Positions 12,878 through 26,036 are shown, numbered from the stretch's first letter. The stretch is DNA of 64,000 nucleotides from Eledone cirrhosa (GCA_964016885.1 OZ024752.1:9920001-9984000); one strand, 5' to 3'. The notes: generated from the sequence alone by a model not told the origin. Numbers and translations are program-made.

Positions 12878-13844
12878 TGGGTATCAAAAAATAAATATGG
12901 TATTTATAGGTCTCTACAAGTGGTAGGAGAGGGTGGGGAGTTGGATGGGTGCAGGTCATTGGTTGATAGAAAAGGGAATTCATTAAAAGCTAATTCTACA
13001 AAGCTATAGTTAATTTTTATTTTTATTTATATTTATTTATGTTTTTAGAGTAACAAAGGCAGACAAAATTCTATAAACAGGTTCCGGATGGCATACCATT
13101 CCTTGTCAATAAGTTTCTCTTAAGCTAACAGATGTCTATAAAGTCAGTGGGGGGTCAGTCAAGCTCGATAGAATTAAAGAAGAGGGAGATTCTTTAAAAG
13201 CTAAAGTCATTAAGGTTCTACTAAGTGACAAAGGTCTAGGGAATTCTGCAGACAGATTCGAAATACTGAGTGCATATCTTACTATTATCTTCGAACTTCT
13301 CTTAAACTAATCAACAATATGCCAAAATCAACAGACACATGTCTGTAGAGATATCAGAAGAGAGGAGAGATGGAAAAGAGATAGGGTTCTATAATATAAA
13401 AGGGTAATTAGAGAGATATTCGTTAATGAGACAGAGGAATGGAGAATGAACAAATGATAAAACTAAGGAGACATAAAATGGGAGATAGAAAATGTTAGGA
13501 TTTGGTATCAAAGTTTGTAAGAATAATTTGTGGAAATGATGAGAAGAATGGAAAGTATATCACTGTGATAAGAGATCGATAAAAGGAGATGAAATAATCG
13601 TGTGTTTAGTAATGGGTTTAAGGCAGTAGTGTTTGAGTACGTGTCTATATGTGTGGCGCCGAAGCTCTAACTAATATATCCTCCATATCAAACTAACCTC
13701 CACATCAAACTAACCTACTCTCAACATCAGACTAACCTACCCCCCACTCCCAACTAACATATCCTCCACTCCGGTCCGATACCAATGAGTTGTTTTATTT
13801 GCCCCTCAGTTATTGTTTTTTCAGTAATTCACTTGCTTTCTTTC

Positions 13845-14420
13845 ATCATCATCATTATCATCCGGCGGCCTCAACCGAAATGGACTCAATAATTGATCTC
13901 CACGTGGGTCTGTCGTTCATTGCCGTTGACAAGTCCTGGATTTCAATACCAGAATCTCTGGAGATCACATCGGGGTAGGATAGCTTTCGTCCCCTGTTAT
14001 TAGTGACTGCTTGTGGTTTCCAAAGCACTAATGGGGACACAGCCTCATAGGTGGCACGATGGCAGTGGCCAGCAAATTTTACTCTCCTTTTACGTAAAAC
14101 AACAGATATGCGTGGGAAGCCGGCATATATCTCTCTAAAAGGCAGATGTCACCAGCTTATGTTCTGAATGCGTTGAAGCAGGCGAGTGTAGGTGCCAATA
14201 CGGTGCTTTTGTTGTTTGGATGAAAGTGTCCATGTTTCACTTCCATATAGCAAGATTGGTTGAATTGTTACTTGGAAGCGTCTGATCTTGGTGTGGTTGG
14301 AAAGATTTGAGCGCCAAACTCGATCCATCCACATTGTTGCAAGCTGACCATGCTTGGGACTTCTCAGAGTCCATTATCCAGGACCAAAGATACTTGAAAT
14401 CCTCGACTTGCTTGATATCA
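13845..14420 (-). mobile_element. RTE LINE 3' fragment
   Basis: FKYLG..., TIQPILLYGSETWTL, GRKLSYPDVISRDSG...AMNDRPTWR, followed by a (GAT)n tail. Confidence 0.9.
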
Positions 14421-14469
14421 TAGTTGACCCACTAGTTTACTATATTATTTCCTCCTATCTCCTTTGCAG

Positions 14470-14700
14470 CCCAGGATCTGCTACCTACCAGGCTGAAGGG
14501 GCAAAACTGTCCAAGTGTAGGCCGCTCCCCGATAGGTTTTTTAGTAGAGCCAGGAGCAGTAGGGATTTCCAGTGTTCTTGGTACCCCTACCCCAAAGCGA
14601 TCATATTTTGCCCACCGCCACCACAGCGGAGTTGGCTACTCGCATGTGCAAGCTCTCTGAGGTGCCGTCGCTGTTCCAGCGCGTCTCCCTCCGTCCTTCA
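14470..14700 (+). mobile_element. Degenerate CRE-like LINE fragment
   Basis: PGSA...AEGAKLSKCRPLPDRF and ctgttccagcgcgtctccct are homologous to 21240-21450. Confidence 0.6.
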
Positions 14701-15554
14701 GTACATTGTATCCTCCATCCAGTCAGCCTAGACCCAGAGGCGGGGAGATAAGTTAGTTACAAGTGGCGGTAGTCATTCAGACGTCACTTTGTGTCTGTTT
14801 CTTTAAAAGTTAATGAAATATTGGTTTTTAATTTTTAACCACCATTTAACACAAGAAGGAAATAGAAAAAAGAATTTAATCAATAAATTCAAGAAACAAC
14901 TGGGTAGAGCTATTGTGGTACGCACGATTTAAATTGATAGTACCATATAATATTGCCGTCTCGTGTAATATAAAGATATTCCTGTTGGTATGAACTGGGT
15001 AGAAAAAACTCTTCGATCCCTGCTTTTGTGTTAAAGAATGTTAAGTAGAAATGGTAAAATGCCAGACTAGCCACAACCTTCAATGTTTTGAGTATAAAGT
15101 CTACTTTATACTCAAAACATTGCCTTCCATTACAGTGGGTTTGATAAAATAGGAGGTTGAAACTTAACCATGTGAAGTTTTATGTGTACAGCACTAATCC
15201 TGATATAATTTACTTAGTTTTTCTTTATTTAGAATTGAAAAATATATTTCAACCTTTATGAAAATACCCGAATGTGTTGAAATAATTCTCAAATCATAGA
15301 AGGAAGGACATTTGTGTTATTACACAGGAATGCATTTAGATAAATTATTTGCAAGATGGTAAAATATTTTTGGAATATGTATGTATGGATGGTCCCGGAA
15401 CTCCTGATAGAGTCGGGGGTGGGGGGGGGGGGGGCGTATTTATTGGGCATGTTTAAGCTTGGCGGAGCCCATCCCTCTTCAGGCATGAGTACAGCAGATT
15501 TCATCCCGAGAATAATAGAAAGTGAGAGAGAATAAATGGGAAAAAGATATAGAG

Positions 15555-15715
15555 GAAGAATCGAGCCAGTACTAGACTGGTACTTTCTTTATCGACCTCG
15601 AAAGGATGAAAGGCAAAGTTGACCTCGGCGGGATTAGAACTCAGAGAGCAGAGAACTGGAACGAATACCATAAATCATTCTATCTCACGTTCTAACGACT
15701 CAGTCAATTCGTCGA
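15555..15715 (-). mobile_element. Meta-type SINE (diverged), with the same upstream flank as the 1060-1310 copy
   Basis: ctggtactttcttatcgacctcgaaaggatgaaaggcaaagttgacctcggcgggattagaactc. Confidence 0.75.
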
Positions 15716-16524
15716 CTATATTTTTGCAGTATCTAATGTAAATAGAGATATATATCACAGATTAAAAGCAAAGAAATAACGAACACATTAGCATTAAACA
15801 CTTCGTCAATACGGAACAAATGAACTTCAGTTTTCTTTCTGTTATTCACAAATAAATGCAAAGAAAATTTAAAATGGAAAAACATTTGTCAGTAATTAGC
15901 ACATACTATTCATATTTTCTCACTTAAGAAACAAATATATTTAATTTGTTGCTTATATAATTATAAGTTATATGAATGATTTAGTGCCTAGCCATAAACA
16001 TCATTATATTGATAATATAATATTCGAGCAGTGTTTTGTTCATTTTACTCAGTATTGAGATGAACATCTAAAGGAAAATTAATTTATGCGGATAGAATGT
16101 GTCGATACAGTATTCCCCTTTAGAAAAGTGTTGTCAAATATTAATAATTTGAAATCCTCTTTCTTCAGAAATGTTTTTCTCCTGATGAAAAATGTATAAA
16201 ACCACTGTTAGGATTCTTTATGGTTTTACAAAATGCTGTTTTCTTAATACATTTTAATTTATTGGTACAACGTGTCGAGTCAACCATCCATAATTTATCA
16301 GTTTCAAAGTGAGAAAATGTTTTGAAAACTAATTACGAAAATGTCAGTGTCGAAAATCATTATATCCTTAGAACACTAATATTTCTTCCTAGAAAGTGTA
16401 TTGGCAAGATTTTCAAAATTATTTACGAGTTGAAGTTGAGTACAGCCGAGGGAAAATATAGGCATCTACTTAACAGAATTTAAAATATAAGTTCGGAGTT
16501 CATTTAATTCTCTCATGATAAGAA

Positions 16525-16952
16525 ATGTTTCTACTTTTGGCACACGGCCAGCAATTATCTCAGTGTATTACTGGTACTTTATTTTATCGACCCCAAAAAG
16601 ATGAAAAGCAAAGTTAACCTCGGTGGTATTTGAACTCAGACCATAAATGGCCGTAACTCTTTGCTGCAAAGCATGGCGTCCATCCCTCTACTGATACTGC
16701 CAATCCACCACCCTTTTTCTTATAATAATGTTTTCTACTTTTGGCACAAGGCCAGAAATTAGAAATTATCCCAGTACATTACTGGTACAATATTTTATCG
16801 AACCCGTAAGGATGAAATGCAAAGTTCACCTCGGGGTGGGGTGTGTGGTGGTGGTGGTGGGTGGGGAAATTTGAACTCAGAACGTAAAGGGCCGTAACTC
16901 TATGCCGCAAAATCATGGCGTCCGACCCTCTACCGATAGTGCCAATCCAGCA
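16525..16952 (-). mobile_element. Two tandem Meta-type SINE copies
   Basis: The reverse-complement consensus occurs twice. Confidence 0.85.
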
Positions 16953-17460
16953 CTCATTCATGGTAATAATATTGACGAAATCATAACATTCTCGTATTCT
17001 ACTTTCCTCTCTTTTAGATTCAGTTTGTAAACATCTACTCACAACCAGGAAGGTATAGCATTTTGACAATTTAGAACTATTGTCAAATAGGCTATTCTCT
17101 CTGGTCGTTGAAATATATTTCAGTACAATTCCTCCAAAATAATATATTTATCTTTATTGCGATTTATGTTCGTATAATTATTAGCTGCAGTTCATATTAA
17201 CATGAGTAATACTGTTTTAACAACTTGATGGAGGAATGAATAGGAACAATTTGCTGAATATGTGCGGAAAATTATAACAAGTTGATGCTGGCTAATGTTT
17301 AAGAAAAACATCAAATGCAATTGATCCAAAAGTGTCTGTGCGCTTATATTTATAACGTATAAACCAAAATATAAAAATGTATTTTCCATCTCACTATTCT
17401 AGTTCAGCCCAAACTAAATCATAGTCATGCGCAAAAAGCAAATGTATTGACTATTATTTC

Positions 17461-17590
17461 GGTGAATTGGTAGTAGCGGTAGAGGGTCAGAGGCTATGCT
17501 TTGCAGCATAGAGTTACGGCCCTTTACGGTCTGAGTTCAAATCGCGCCGAGGTTAACTTTGCCTTTCATCCTTACGGGATCGATAAAATG
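17461..17590 (+). mobile_element. Meta-type SINE (3'-truncated)
   Basis: Consensus match. Confidence 0.8.
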
Positions 17591-17741
17591 AAAATCAGAA
17601 CTCTCTATGAAGATCATGCAGAACGACCTACCGTAATTAATTTAAAGTTGTCAATTCTGTATTTTTTTATCGTGAAACTGCAGTAATGCGCTTTATGACT
17701 CGTTACTAATGATCCACACACACAAGCACACACACACACAT

Positions 17742-17805
<64 letters not shown>

Positions 17806-17952
17806 TGATTAAGTATGAATCATCATGGATTGTCTTTAGTAATATATTGCATTCATACAATTGTATATTTCTGTATTCTGATTCTCATTCTTGTAAAATG
17901 ATTTAGTTTCTCTTGTCTTTCAGGGAAACACTCTTCCGAGACTTCAGTACAC

Positions 17953-17994
17953 AGAAATTCAAATGCTCACTAATATGTGAGCATTTGAATTTCT
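17953..17994. repeat. Perfect 18-bp hairpin
   Basis: agaaattcaaatgctcac-taatat-gtgagcatttgaatttct. Confidence 0.85.
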
Positions 17995-18207
17995 TGAATC
18001 ACTAAGATGTGAGCACTTCTTGTGTGATGAGACATCTGAGGTTTCATACTGTTCTCAAACAATGGACAAATGTTTGTTTTAAACACACACACATATTTAC
18101 ATATACCTACTTAGGTATCGAGTGTTCAACAAGCTGGTGGACCAATAAACCAATATATATATAACAGTTGCACACCAATAAACCAATATATATATATATA
18201 TATATAT

Positions 18208-18400
18208 AACGAAGGAAGTGTGTTAAGGGACCAGATGGACTATAACGCACCAGAATACCCAATACTTAGGGTAGTAGAGAGGGTAATAGGAAAATGTTTA
18301 ACCCCGACGGCAAAGCTCAAGCCGATTCGACAGCTATTTCTGGACTCAAGAAATAGCCGTCGAAACGGCTTGAGCTCTGCCGTCGGGGTTAAACATTTTC
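18208..18400 (-). mobile_element. Fold-back element with tail in (TA)n ('cggc' family, HHR 3' half in both arms)
   Basis: Inverted repeat 18290-18400, with arms gtc-GAAA-cggc-ttgagctct-gccg-TC-gggg and an ~80 bp tail on the left. Confidence 0.85.
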
Positions 18401-18427
18401 ATATATATATATAGATATATATATATA

Positions 18428-18710
18428 ATTGGTGTTGGATGCTTAAAGCGTCCGTATGCGGTAGGCCGTATGAGCACTCAATGCCCTCTTAGAGCAGAGT
18501 ATGATATCACAGTAAAAAGAGAATCAGTGTTGCGACGAAAGGAATTTATAGAAAAATCTGCTTCGTAGAATCGAGACGTATCTGACGACCGTGTTGATTT
18601 TAGAGTTAAGTGTGATCACCATATCGATCGTGCTTCGAGCTGGTCGCCCAAGAACATTTGTAATATGTCCAATAAATTCATTTCGTCGCAACACTGATTC
18701 TCTTTTTTCT

Positions 18711-18714
<4 letters not shown>
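18428..18714 (-). mobile_element. Fold-back element with ~45 bp inverted ends and a tail
   Basis: atcacag.aaaaagagaatcagtgttgcgacgaaa.gaatttat has its reverse complement at 18672-18714. It contains a degenerate CTGACGA...gaacatttgtaatatgTC, and the tail reads TACTC...GAGTG on the minus strand. A further arm lies at 18774-18820. Confidence 0.75.
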
Positions 18715-18763
<49 letters not shown>

Positions 18764-18832
18764 ATATATATTTATCACATAAAAAAGAGAATCAGTGTTG
18801 CGATGAAATGAATTTATTGGATGTGTGTATGC

Positions 18833-18891
<59 letters not shown>

Positions 18892-18911
18892 CATATATAT
18901 AAATATTTATT

Positions 18912-19133
18912 TGTGTAAGCGCGTGGTTGAGTGGCTAGAGAATTGGATTCGTAATCGTGAGGTTGTAAGTTCGATTCCCGGACCGGGTGATGCGTTATGT
19001 CTTTGGGCAAGACACTTTATTTCACGTTGCACCTTCTACCAAGAGTTGCGATCGATAGAGAGTATAAACAATTAAAAAGATCAATGGAAACATTGCTTCC
19101 TCGGTCCGATTTGACGAAAGTCGATCGACTGTA
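18912..19133 (+). mobile_element. CORE-type tRNA SINE, near full length
   Basis: A box tggttgagtgg, B box agttcgattcc, CORE-like tctttgggcaagacactt, tail gtcgatcgactgt. Confidence 0.85.
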
Positions 19134-19192
19134 AAATATATATATATATATGTATGTGTGAGTATGTGTATGTATTTATATATATATGTATT

Positions 19193-19233
<41 letters not shown>

Positions 19234-19244
19234 TTCTATTTTTT

Positions 19245-19572
19245 CATCTAATTTGGAATTCATGCAATTACTAACTCTTTTGCTAATAAAGATAAAAAAC
19301 AAACCTACAGCTGATATAAAAAAAGATATTATAGACAGTTAATGATTTTCTCTTTCCATTTATTTATTCATTATTTTACTTTTTATTTTTACTCTCTCAA
19401 TTTACACTTTAATGTAATTACTGAAAATATTTACAAATCCTCAATCACAATTTTGTGAAAATAAAACATGAAGTGAACACAAACAATGCAACTTCAATTC
19501 GATCGTTACATTCAAATTCAGAATGAACCAATAGCATGTTCCAATAGCTTGTTCCACTAACCCAGATATCAG
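19245..19572 (+). repeat. Diverged interspersed or local repeat, second copy at ~22010-22420
   Basis: Shared blocks: caattactaactcttttgct, aatgtaattactgaaaatatttacaaatcct, ccactaacccagatatcag/tcactaacacagatgtcag. Confidence 0.7.
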
Positions 19573-19589
19573 GGAATTATTTTCAAAGG

Positions 19590-19727
19590 GCGGTGAATTG
19601 TCAGTATCGGTAGAGGGCTGGACGCAATGCTTTCTAGCATAGTTTCATTATTACGGGGTCGATAAAATAGAGTACCAGTAATCCACAGGGGTTTTGCTGG
19701 CCTTGTGCCAAATGGAGAAACAATTAC
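19590..19727 (+). mobile_element. Meta-type SINE with internal deletion
   Basis: Consensus 5' and 3' parts are joined. Confidence 0.75.
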
Positions 19728-20174
19728 TTTCAAAGTATAATGAGACAAAAGAGAAAAGTATATATACAAAAAATGTAAATAATAAAATGTCACATGATGC
19801 GTATGCGTACACACATTCACGCATATAAAACTCTGTTGGTGTATATGTTTATGTATCTGTGGTGGTGTGTGTATATTAATCTAATGGGTTCTACAGAGTT
19901 TGTTTGACTGAAAACCTATTTGCCAAACCGAGGTTATATTAGAAGATACATGACGAAATATCCGTTGAGTATGACCAATGACTTGCAATTGAAGTTCCCT
20001 ATCTACACAGACACACGCGCACACACACAGACACACACATATATATATGCGTAAACACTACATACTAGAATTAAACTGACCTACCTAGGCATCGAGTCCT
20101 CAAATTGGGAACCCAACAGTAACATGAGGTTCCAATACATTAACTTCTCTCTCCCTCTCTTGTTACATACATAC

Positions 20175-20207
<33 letters not shown>

Positions 20208-20208
20208 C

Positions 20209-20315
<107 letters not shown>

Positions 20316-21011
20316 ATTGATAGAAGTCAGAAGTGGGCAATTGGCAAAGTTGTATTTGTTTGAGCTCTCTTTTTTTGCAGTTGAATCTAAGTCAATTCTG
20401 GTTTCATCGTTTTGAGTTCGATATATAAAGCATCGATTAAATATAGAGTCATTCCGTTCTCCCACAATCTCTCTCTCACTCCCCCTCTCTCTCTCTTGTA
20501 CGTTACTTTCTCTACTTCCCAATCTCTGGATTACGTCATCAGAGTTCATATGTGGAAAGGGAATGGCTTTGCTTCCTATTTTAAAATGGACATGAATCAA
20601 CGAGTGACGCCAAAGAACGCCTACAATTCTACCAGTAGTTCAGGACCCATAGCCGGATGGATATATAAACTATAAGATAATGCAGAAGGCAACATTTATA
20701 TATCCACGGAATCATAAATTTATATTTGTAGTGGTCATGTAAGTCGTAAGACCTCCTATTTCCTGGGGCATATTGGGCAAAGATTCTGCCCAAATTTTGG
20801 CGAAAAGCTGCGGCATCTTGCGTAGTTTTCCTGTCAAGTCCAATCTTCTTGAGAACCTCTTTTATTGCGACTCCCTTTCTGCCGCTTGCAACTGACTGGA
20901 ATCCATCTCATTGCCACAGAGTTCTGGTACTCAGCCATCCACAGAATATGTCCAGTCAGTTTCAGAAACTGTTCATCTCTTTCGGCCTCCACCCGCTTTC
21001 CTATTGCTATA

Positions 21012-21512
21012 GTACCGGCCGCCTTCCACGTCATGTTGCGCTCAACGTGGTCACAAAGCATGGCTTGGACGCTGCAGGCTTCCCTTCACAGCTCCAGCCG
21101 GTGGGGCTGGACCGAGTGGACAGCAAAAGGCCAGATGGCATGACCATCTTCCCGTTCCGCGGTGGAAAACCCCTCGTCTGGGATGCCACTTGCACCGACA
21201 CTTTCTCCAGCCGCAATCTGGTGCAGTCTGCGACTAACCCAGGTTCTGCTGCACGTCGGGCTGAGGGGGCCAAACTCTTAAAATACCGGTCGCTCTCCGA
21301 CAGGTTCGCGGTCGTGGCCTTGGCAGTGGAGACTTCTGGTGTCCTCGGCCCTAGGGCTACCTCCCCCTACTCACCACCATAGGCGCTGAACTGGCCAGCC
21401 GCAGGTGTGAGCCCCGCGAGTTGGAGTGGCTTTTCCAGCGCGTTTCCCTTGCCGTCATCCTGGGAAACGCCTTCTCTATTCTGTCCACCGGGGCTGTGTG
21501 GGGGCCAGCAAT
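21012..21512 (+). mobile_element. CRE-clade-like non-LTR retrotransposon 3' fragment (restriction-like endonuclease)
   Basis: GRLPRHVALN...KRPDGMTIFPFRGGKPLVWDATCTDTFS...AARRAEGAKLLKY...AVETSGVLGP, then WLFQRVSLAVILGNA after a frameshift. Confidence 0.85.
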
Positions 21513-22514
21513 ATGATTGACTGACTTGTCATTTTATCAGTCAGATATTTTTAGACCCGTTGTATGTATAACATTACAAATTAATTATAATTCTTACAAA
21601 ATTCACTGATGTTGTCACTCAATAGCCTCATTTTATTTCTCGTCAGTACCTCTACATAAGTAATCCACTCTCGTTAAATGGATTGAAGGATTTTTCTTAG
21701 GTATCTTTGTTGGAAAACGTTCTTTAAAATTTTGGCAGTTATTGTTCAGTTAGAATATATGCCATCTAGGTAGGAGTATTAAATGATTTATATTATGTCT
21801 GCATTCACAGATAATTAGATTTGTACTGTTTCGAATATTTTATTACCTGAAATATTTGGCCAAACATTACTCGGAAATGATTTGGTTAAATTTTAATATG
21901 CAGAAAATTAAAAGCTCACATGTAATCTGTTTGAGATCATCTTTCTTTGCATGGATATATCTCAGCGAAATGACCTATTGAAATTATTGTGAATTTACTA
22001 CTGAAGTTCGCTTGAATTTCTTTTTTTTTAAATGTTATTTAATTTTGAGTTCTTCCAATTACTAACTCTTTTGCTCATAAAAATGGAAAACATTATTCCA
22101 GTTGCAATGCAATTATGAAGTGGCAAAACATTGAAAATTAATGATTTTTTCTCCTTTTATTCTTTTATTCGTTTCTATCTTGTTTCGTTTATGTTGTTGT
22201 TTTATTTTATTTGTATTTGTTTGCATTTTGTATTTTTGTTTTGTTAATTTTTTTCTTCTATTTAACTCTAATGTAATTACTGAAAATATTTACAAATCCT
22301 TTATCAAAAGTTTGCGAAAATAAAACCTAAAATTAAAAATAATAATTAAACTTGCAATCGATCATTACATTAGAATTCAGACAGCATCAATTACATGTTT
22401 CACTAACACAGATGTCAGTGAAAATAGTTTTCGTTTCCACTCCAAGAATTAGCTTTAAGTCTTAAGGCGTCGAAATAGCCACACTTGATATGCGATTAAC
22501 TTAAACATCAGATT

Positions 22515-22738
22515 GCTATATTTTCCTCGCTATATTTTCTTCGCTACATTTTCCTCGCTATATTTTCTTCACTACATTTTCTTCACTACATTTTCTTCGC
22601 TACATTTTCTTCGCTACATTTTCTTCGCTACATTTCTTCGCTATATTTTCTTCGCCTCAATTCTTCACTACATTTCTTCGCCTATATTTTCTTCACAACA
22701 TTTTCTCCCCTATATTTTTTGTCTATATTTTCTTCACT
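22515..22738. repeat. Minisatellite, 14-bp unit (ctacattttcttcg), ~16 copies
   Basis: Directly visible. Confidence 0.9.
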
Positions 22739-23046
22739 TTGTTTCAATCGGTTGCTGTTCGTTTATTTTTGATGTTCTTGAGTATGGGATGCGGCATGGT
22801 CTATAAATCCCTATACTGTATTTTCGTTCAACCCAAGAGTCTTATATAATATGATACGCGGTTAACCTACCCACCAGCTTACTACATTGCCTTCACTATG
22901 TTTCATACGGTTCCTGTTCTATTATTTTTCATTTCTTATTTTGAAGGTGTGGTGGGAAACTGTATTATCTTGACCTCAGAAATAAATCACTATTCCGTAT
23001 TTTTGTTCAATGCAAAGATTTTATATATTTATTTATCTGTATCAAT

Positions 23047-23240
23047 TGTCAGGTCACTTTTGAGTACTACTGGTAGCATGTAACCTAGTACAACCTGTCG
23101 CATGGTCGGGTAGTCGGTGACTAAACCGGCAACCCCACCAAGTTTATTTGGTGAGGAGGGTGATTTTGGACACCTTGCAGGACAAAAAACAAAAGCTGAC
23201 AAAAGGCAGAAGAACTCATAAGAGTCAAAGGCCATCTAAA
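23047..23240 (+). mobile_element. Interspersed repeat (copy at 24887-25080), possibly a LINE 5' region
   Basis: tgtcaggtcac...gactaaac.ggcaacccca...ggtgaggagggtga.tttggaca...aagagtcaa.ggccatc is shared by both loci. Confidence 0.7.
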
Positions 23241-23941
23241 AAATAAACAAAATACAAAACTCTAACAAATCAATGGGTGACGGTAGTTCCAGCTGCACAC
23301 ATGGAAAGACTGGTTTAGCGGTTCTGAGAACAATGCGGGTTTGCAGATGATCAATGCAAATTGACAATGGAAAGGCGCTTCCTCTCGAGTTAGAAGACAA
23401 CTATTGACCTCCAGGAGAAGCAGCAACCGAACCAAATATGAAGTACACCAAATGGAATGTACCTAGGGGCGGCCCCGGTTCTTCTTATTTGCGAGTGTAA
23501 ACTCGGCCAGATTAGATTACATTATCTGTGTGAGCATAGATATATGATATATGTATAAACGTGAGTGTATATCTATGTCAACCCGCGTCTTAAAAGGGAT
23601 AAGGGATATAATAAAGGAAATCAAACATATCGATTAATAGTTTTTGATTTTGTTTTTGTTTATTTTATTCGTTCTAACATAAGAATTGCATTAATGCCAT
23701 TATTTTTATATTATTATATTATACCATATAGAATGTATATTTTCACAATGGCCCACCTCTGTGTGTGGATATAAATATATAAATATGCATGCAGGCACGT
23801 TTCTTTGTGTTCACGTGTATATAGATATGCATAGTAGTGAATGCTTTGATGAAGGTTTCTATTTTAATTGTGTGTATGTGTGTGAGTGTATGAAATCGTA
23901 TGTGTCTCTGCTTACAGTAGCCTGTCCGTATCTTTTATTGG

Positions 23942-24360
23942 CGTAACAATTCAACCAATCTTGCTATATGGAAGTGAAACATGGGCGCTTTCATCCAAAC
24001 AACAAAAGCACCTTGATGGCACCTACACTCACCTGCTTCACCACATTCAGAACATAAGCTGGCGACATCTGACTTTGAGAGAGATATATGCCGGCCTCCC
24101 ACGCATATCTGTCGTTGTACGTAAAAAGGAGAGTAAGATGTGCTGGCCACTGCCATCGTGCCACCTATGAGGCTGTGTCTCCATTAGAGTTTTGAAAACC
24201 ACAAGCAGTCACTAATAATAGGGGCGCAAGCTTTCCTACCCCGATGTCATCTCCAGAGTTTCTGGCATTGAAATCCAGGACTTGGCAACGGCAATGAACG
24301 ACAGACCTACGTGGAGATCAATTGTTGAGTCCATTTCGACGGAGGCAGCCGGATGATGAT
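23942..24360 (+). mobile_element. RTE LINE 3' fragment (same family as 13845-14420)
   Basis: VTIQPILLYGSETWALSSKQQKHLDGTYT, ending in gatgatgat. Confidence 0.9.
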
Positions 24361-24852
24361 GTCAAAATAGATATCTACGTCTACCTATATATGTGTGATG
24401 TTACAGTGTGTTTACTCGACTGTCTCACTGGGTGGTTTCTTAAAATAAATGATACACACACCAACATAACCTTTCATTTTCCAATAGTGAGACACATGAC
24501 AAAATCCATCAAATCTTTGTTCAACGGTCATTCCTGAATAAACATCAAATACATCCAAATATGGAATAGCATTGGCTTCCAAATATTATATTTGGAGTGG
24601 ATCCATGGCTGCGTTCACAATGAAATATGAAATAGCGTCAACATAGTCTTAAACAAGTATCTTCTTCACATATTCTACACGATGTGGAAGTGCCATTTTG
24701 AACATTGAAAGAAACAAAAAGACACAAACAATCTTTTCGCTTCTCAACTAAAAGATGTTTATGTTGTTTCTGGATGTTTCAATGATTAAAACGACAATTT
24801 GAAGATACAATTAATACACACCCTCACTAACACATACTCACACGCATATGAA

Positions 24853-24886
<34 letters not shown>

Positions 24887-24890
<4 letters not shown>

Positions 24891-25080
24891 AGGTCACCAC
24901 TTGGTGCTACTGGTAACATGTATCCCAGTACAACCTGTTTCATGGTCGGGTCGTTGGCGACTAAACTGGCAACCCCACTAAGGTTTCTTGGTGAGGAGGG
25001 TGACTTTGGACATCCTGCAGGACTAAAAACAAAACCTGTCAAAGGGCAAAGGAGCTCTTAAGAGTCAATGGCCATCCAAA
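24887..25080 (+). mobile_element. Interspersed repeat (copy of 23047-23240)
   Basis: Aligns with 23047-23240 over ~190 bp and begins next to (TA)n. Confidence 0.7.
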
Positions 25081-25512
25081 ATCACTGGGAGAGATGACCC
25101 CTTAGCCTTTGTTAAGGCAGAATTCTAGGAGAAGGAAAACTCTGATATAACACCTGCAACCCTGATGGTATCCAATGATGTTGACTTGTTCTTCTTTTTG
25201 GTAAATATCATCTTGGTTAAGAGAGTGGGACTGGCTTTGTGCAGTGCCTTTGCTCACTATAAAAGCTTCACGGCACAGGCATTGCTTTATATCTGGAGAT
25301 CTCTCTGCACTTGCCGTCACATGGTACCATGGGCCCAGAACTATGTGTCAATAATTGTCACAAGTGTAGTGTTTGTACCCGAGTTTTCAAGTTGCTGGCT
25401 GGACTAAAAAGTCATACTCGTTCAGCGAATCGGTAGGGGTTCTCCTACATGGATATAAAGTAGTGGCCGTTCTCGAAAACGAGTTGGCAGCCACCATATA
25501 TATATATATATA

Positions 25513-25794
25513 TAATTCAACAGATAAGAGTAACGTGGTTGTCTGTACAATAAGGGCTTTATTCACAGTGCTGACAATTGTTTCTTTGATCTGGTAGACA
25601 ACCATGTTACTCTTATCTCTTGAATTATTATTACTCCAAGTATAACCTACATAGAAATCACTGTAACTCGCTGCATCACTATGGAAGCGTCTTGTTGAGT
25701 CAAACTAAGCCATACGTTAATCACATCCACAACACGCAGCACTTCAACTGGACTACCTCTAAGAGGATTGTCTATAACGTTAACTTGTTATCCC

Positions 25795-25797
<3 letters not shown>
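25513..25797 (+). mobile_element. Fold-back element with a long tail in (TA)n
   Basis: aattcaa.agataagagtaac.tggttgtct pairs with agacaacca.gttactcttatct.ttgaatt. The tail has TACTC...GAGTC and ends aacttgttatccc, as at 12258-12270. Confidence 0.7.
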
Positions 25798-25832
<35 letters not shown>

Positions 25833-25854
25833 GGGATAACAAGTTAACGTTATA

Positions 25855-26036
25855 TACAGTTATAATAAATTGAAGTGAAACCCAGCAGATGCGTGTGTTT
25901 TTATTGGCAACATGACCCTCCCAAAGTATAACAATATATATATATATATATATATATTGTTATACTTTGGGAGGGTCATGTTGCCAATAAAAACACACGC
26001 ATCTGCTGGGTTTCACTTCAATTTATTATAACTGTA
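25855..26036. repeat. Perfect tail-to-tail palindrome centred on (TA)n (family also at 1-30, 30778-30855, 55243-55345)
   Basis: An ~80-bp arm (tacagttataataaattgaagtgaaacccagc...cccaaagtataacaa) and its exact reverse complement. Confidence 0.9.

Noticed and set aside
18912-18985. SINE heads as functional tRNA genes
   Set aside because: They have A and B boxes but run into SINE bodies and do not form complete cloverleaves.
23047-23140. HDV-like ribozyme at the start of the 23047/24887 repeat
   Set aside because: A P2-like pairing and CTAA are present, but I could not build P1 or P3.
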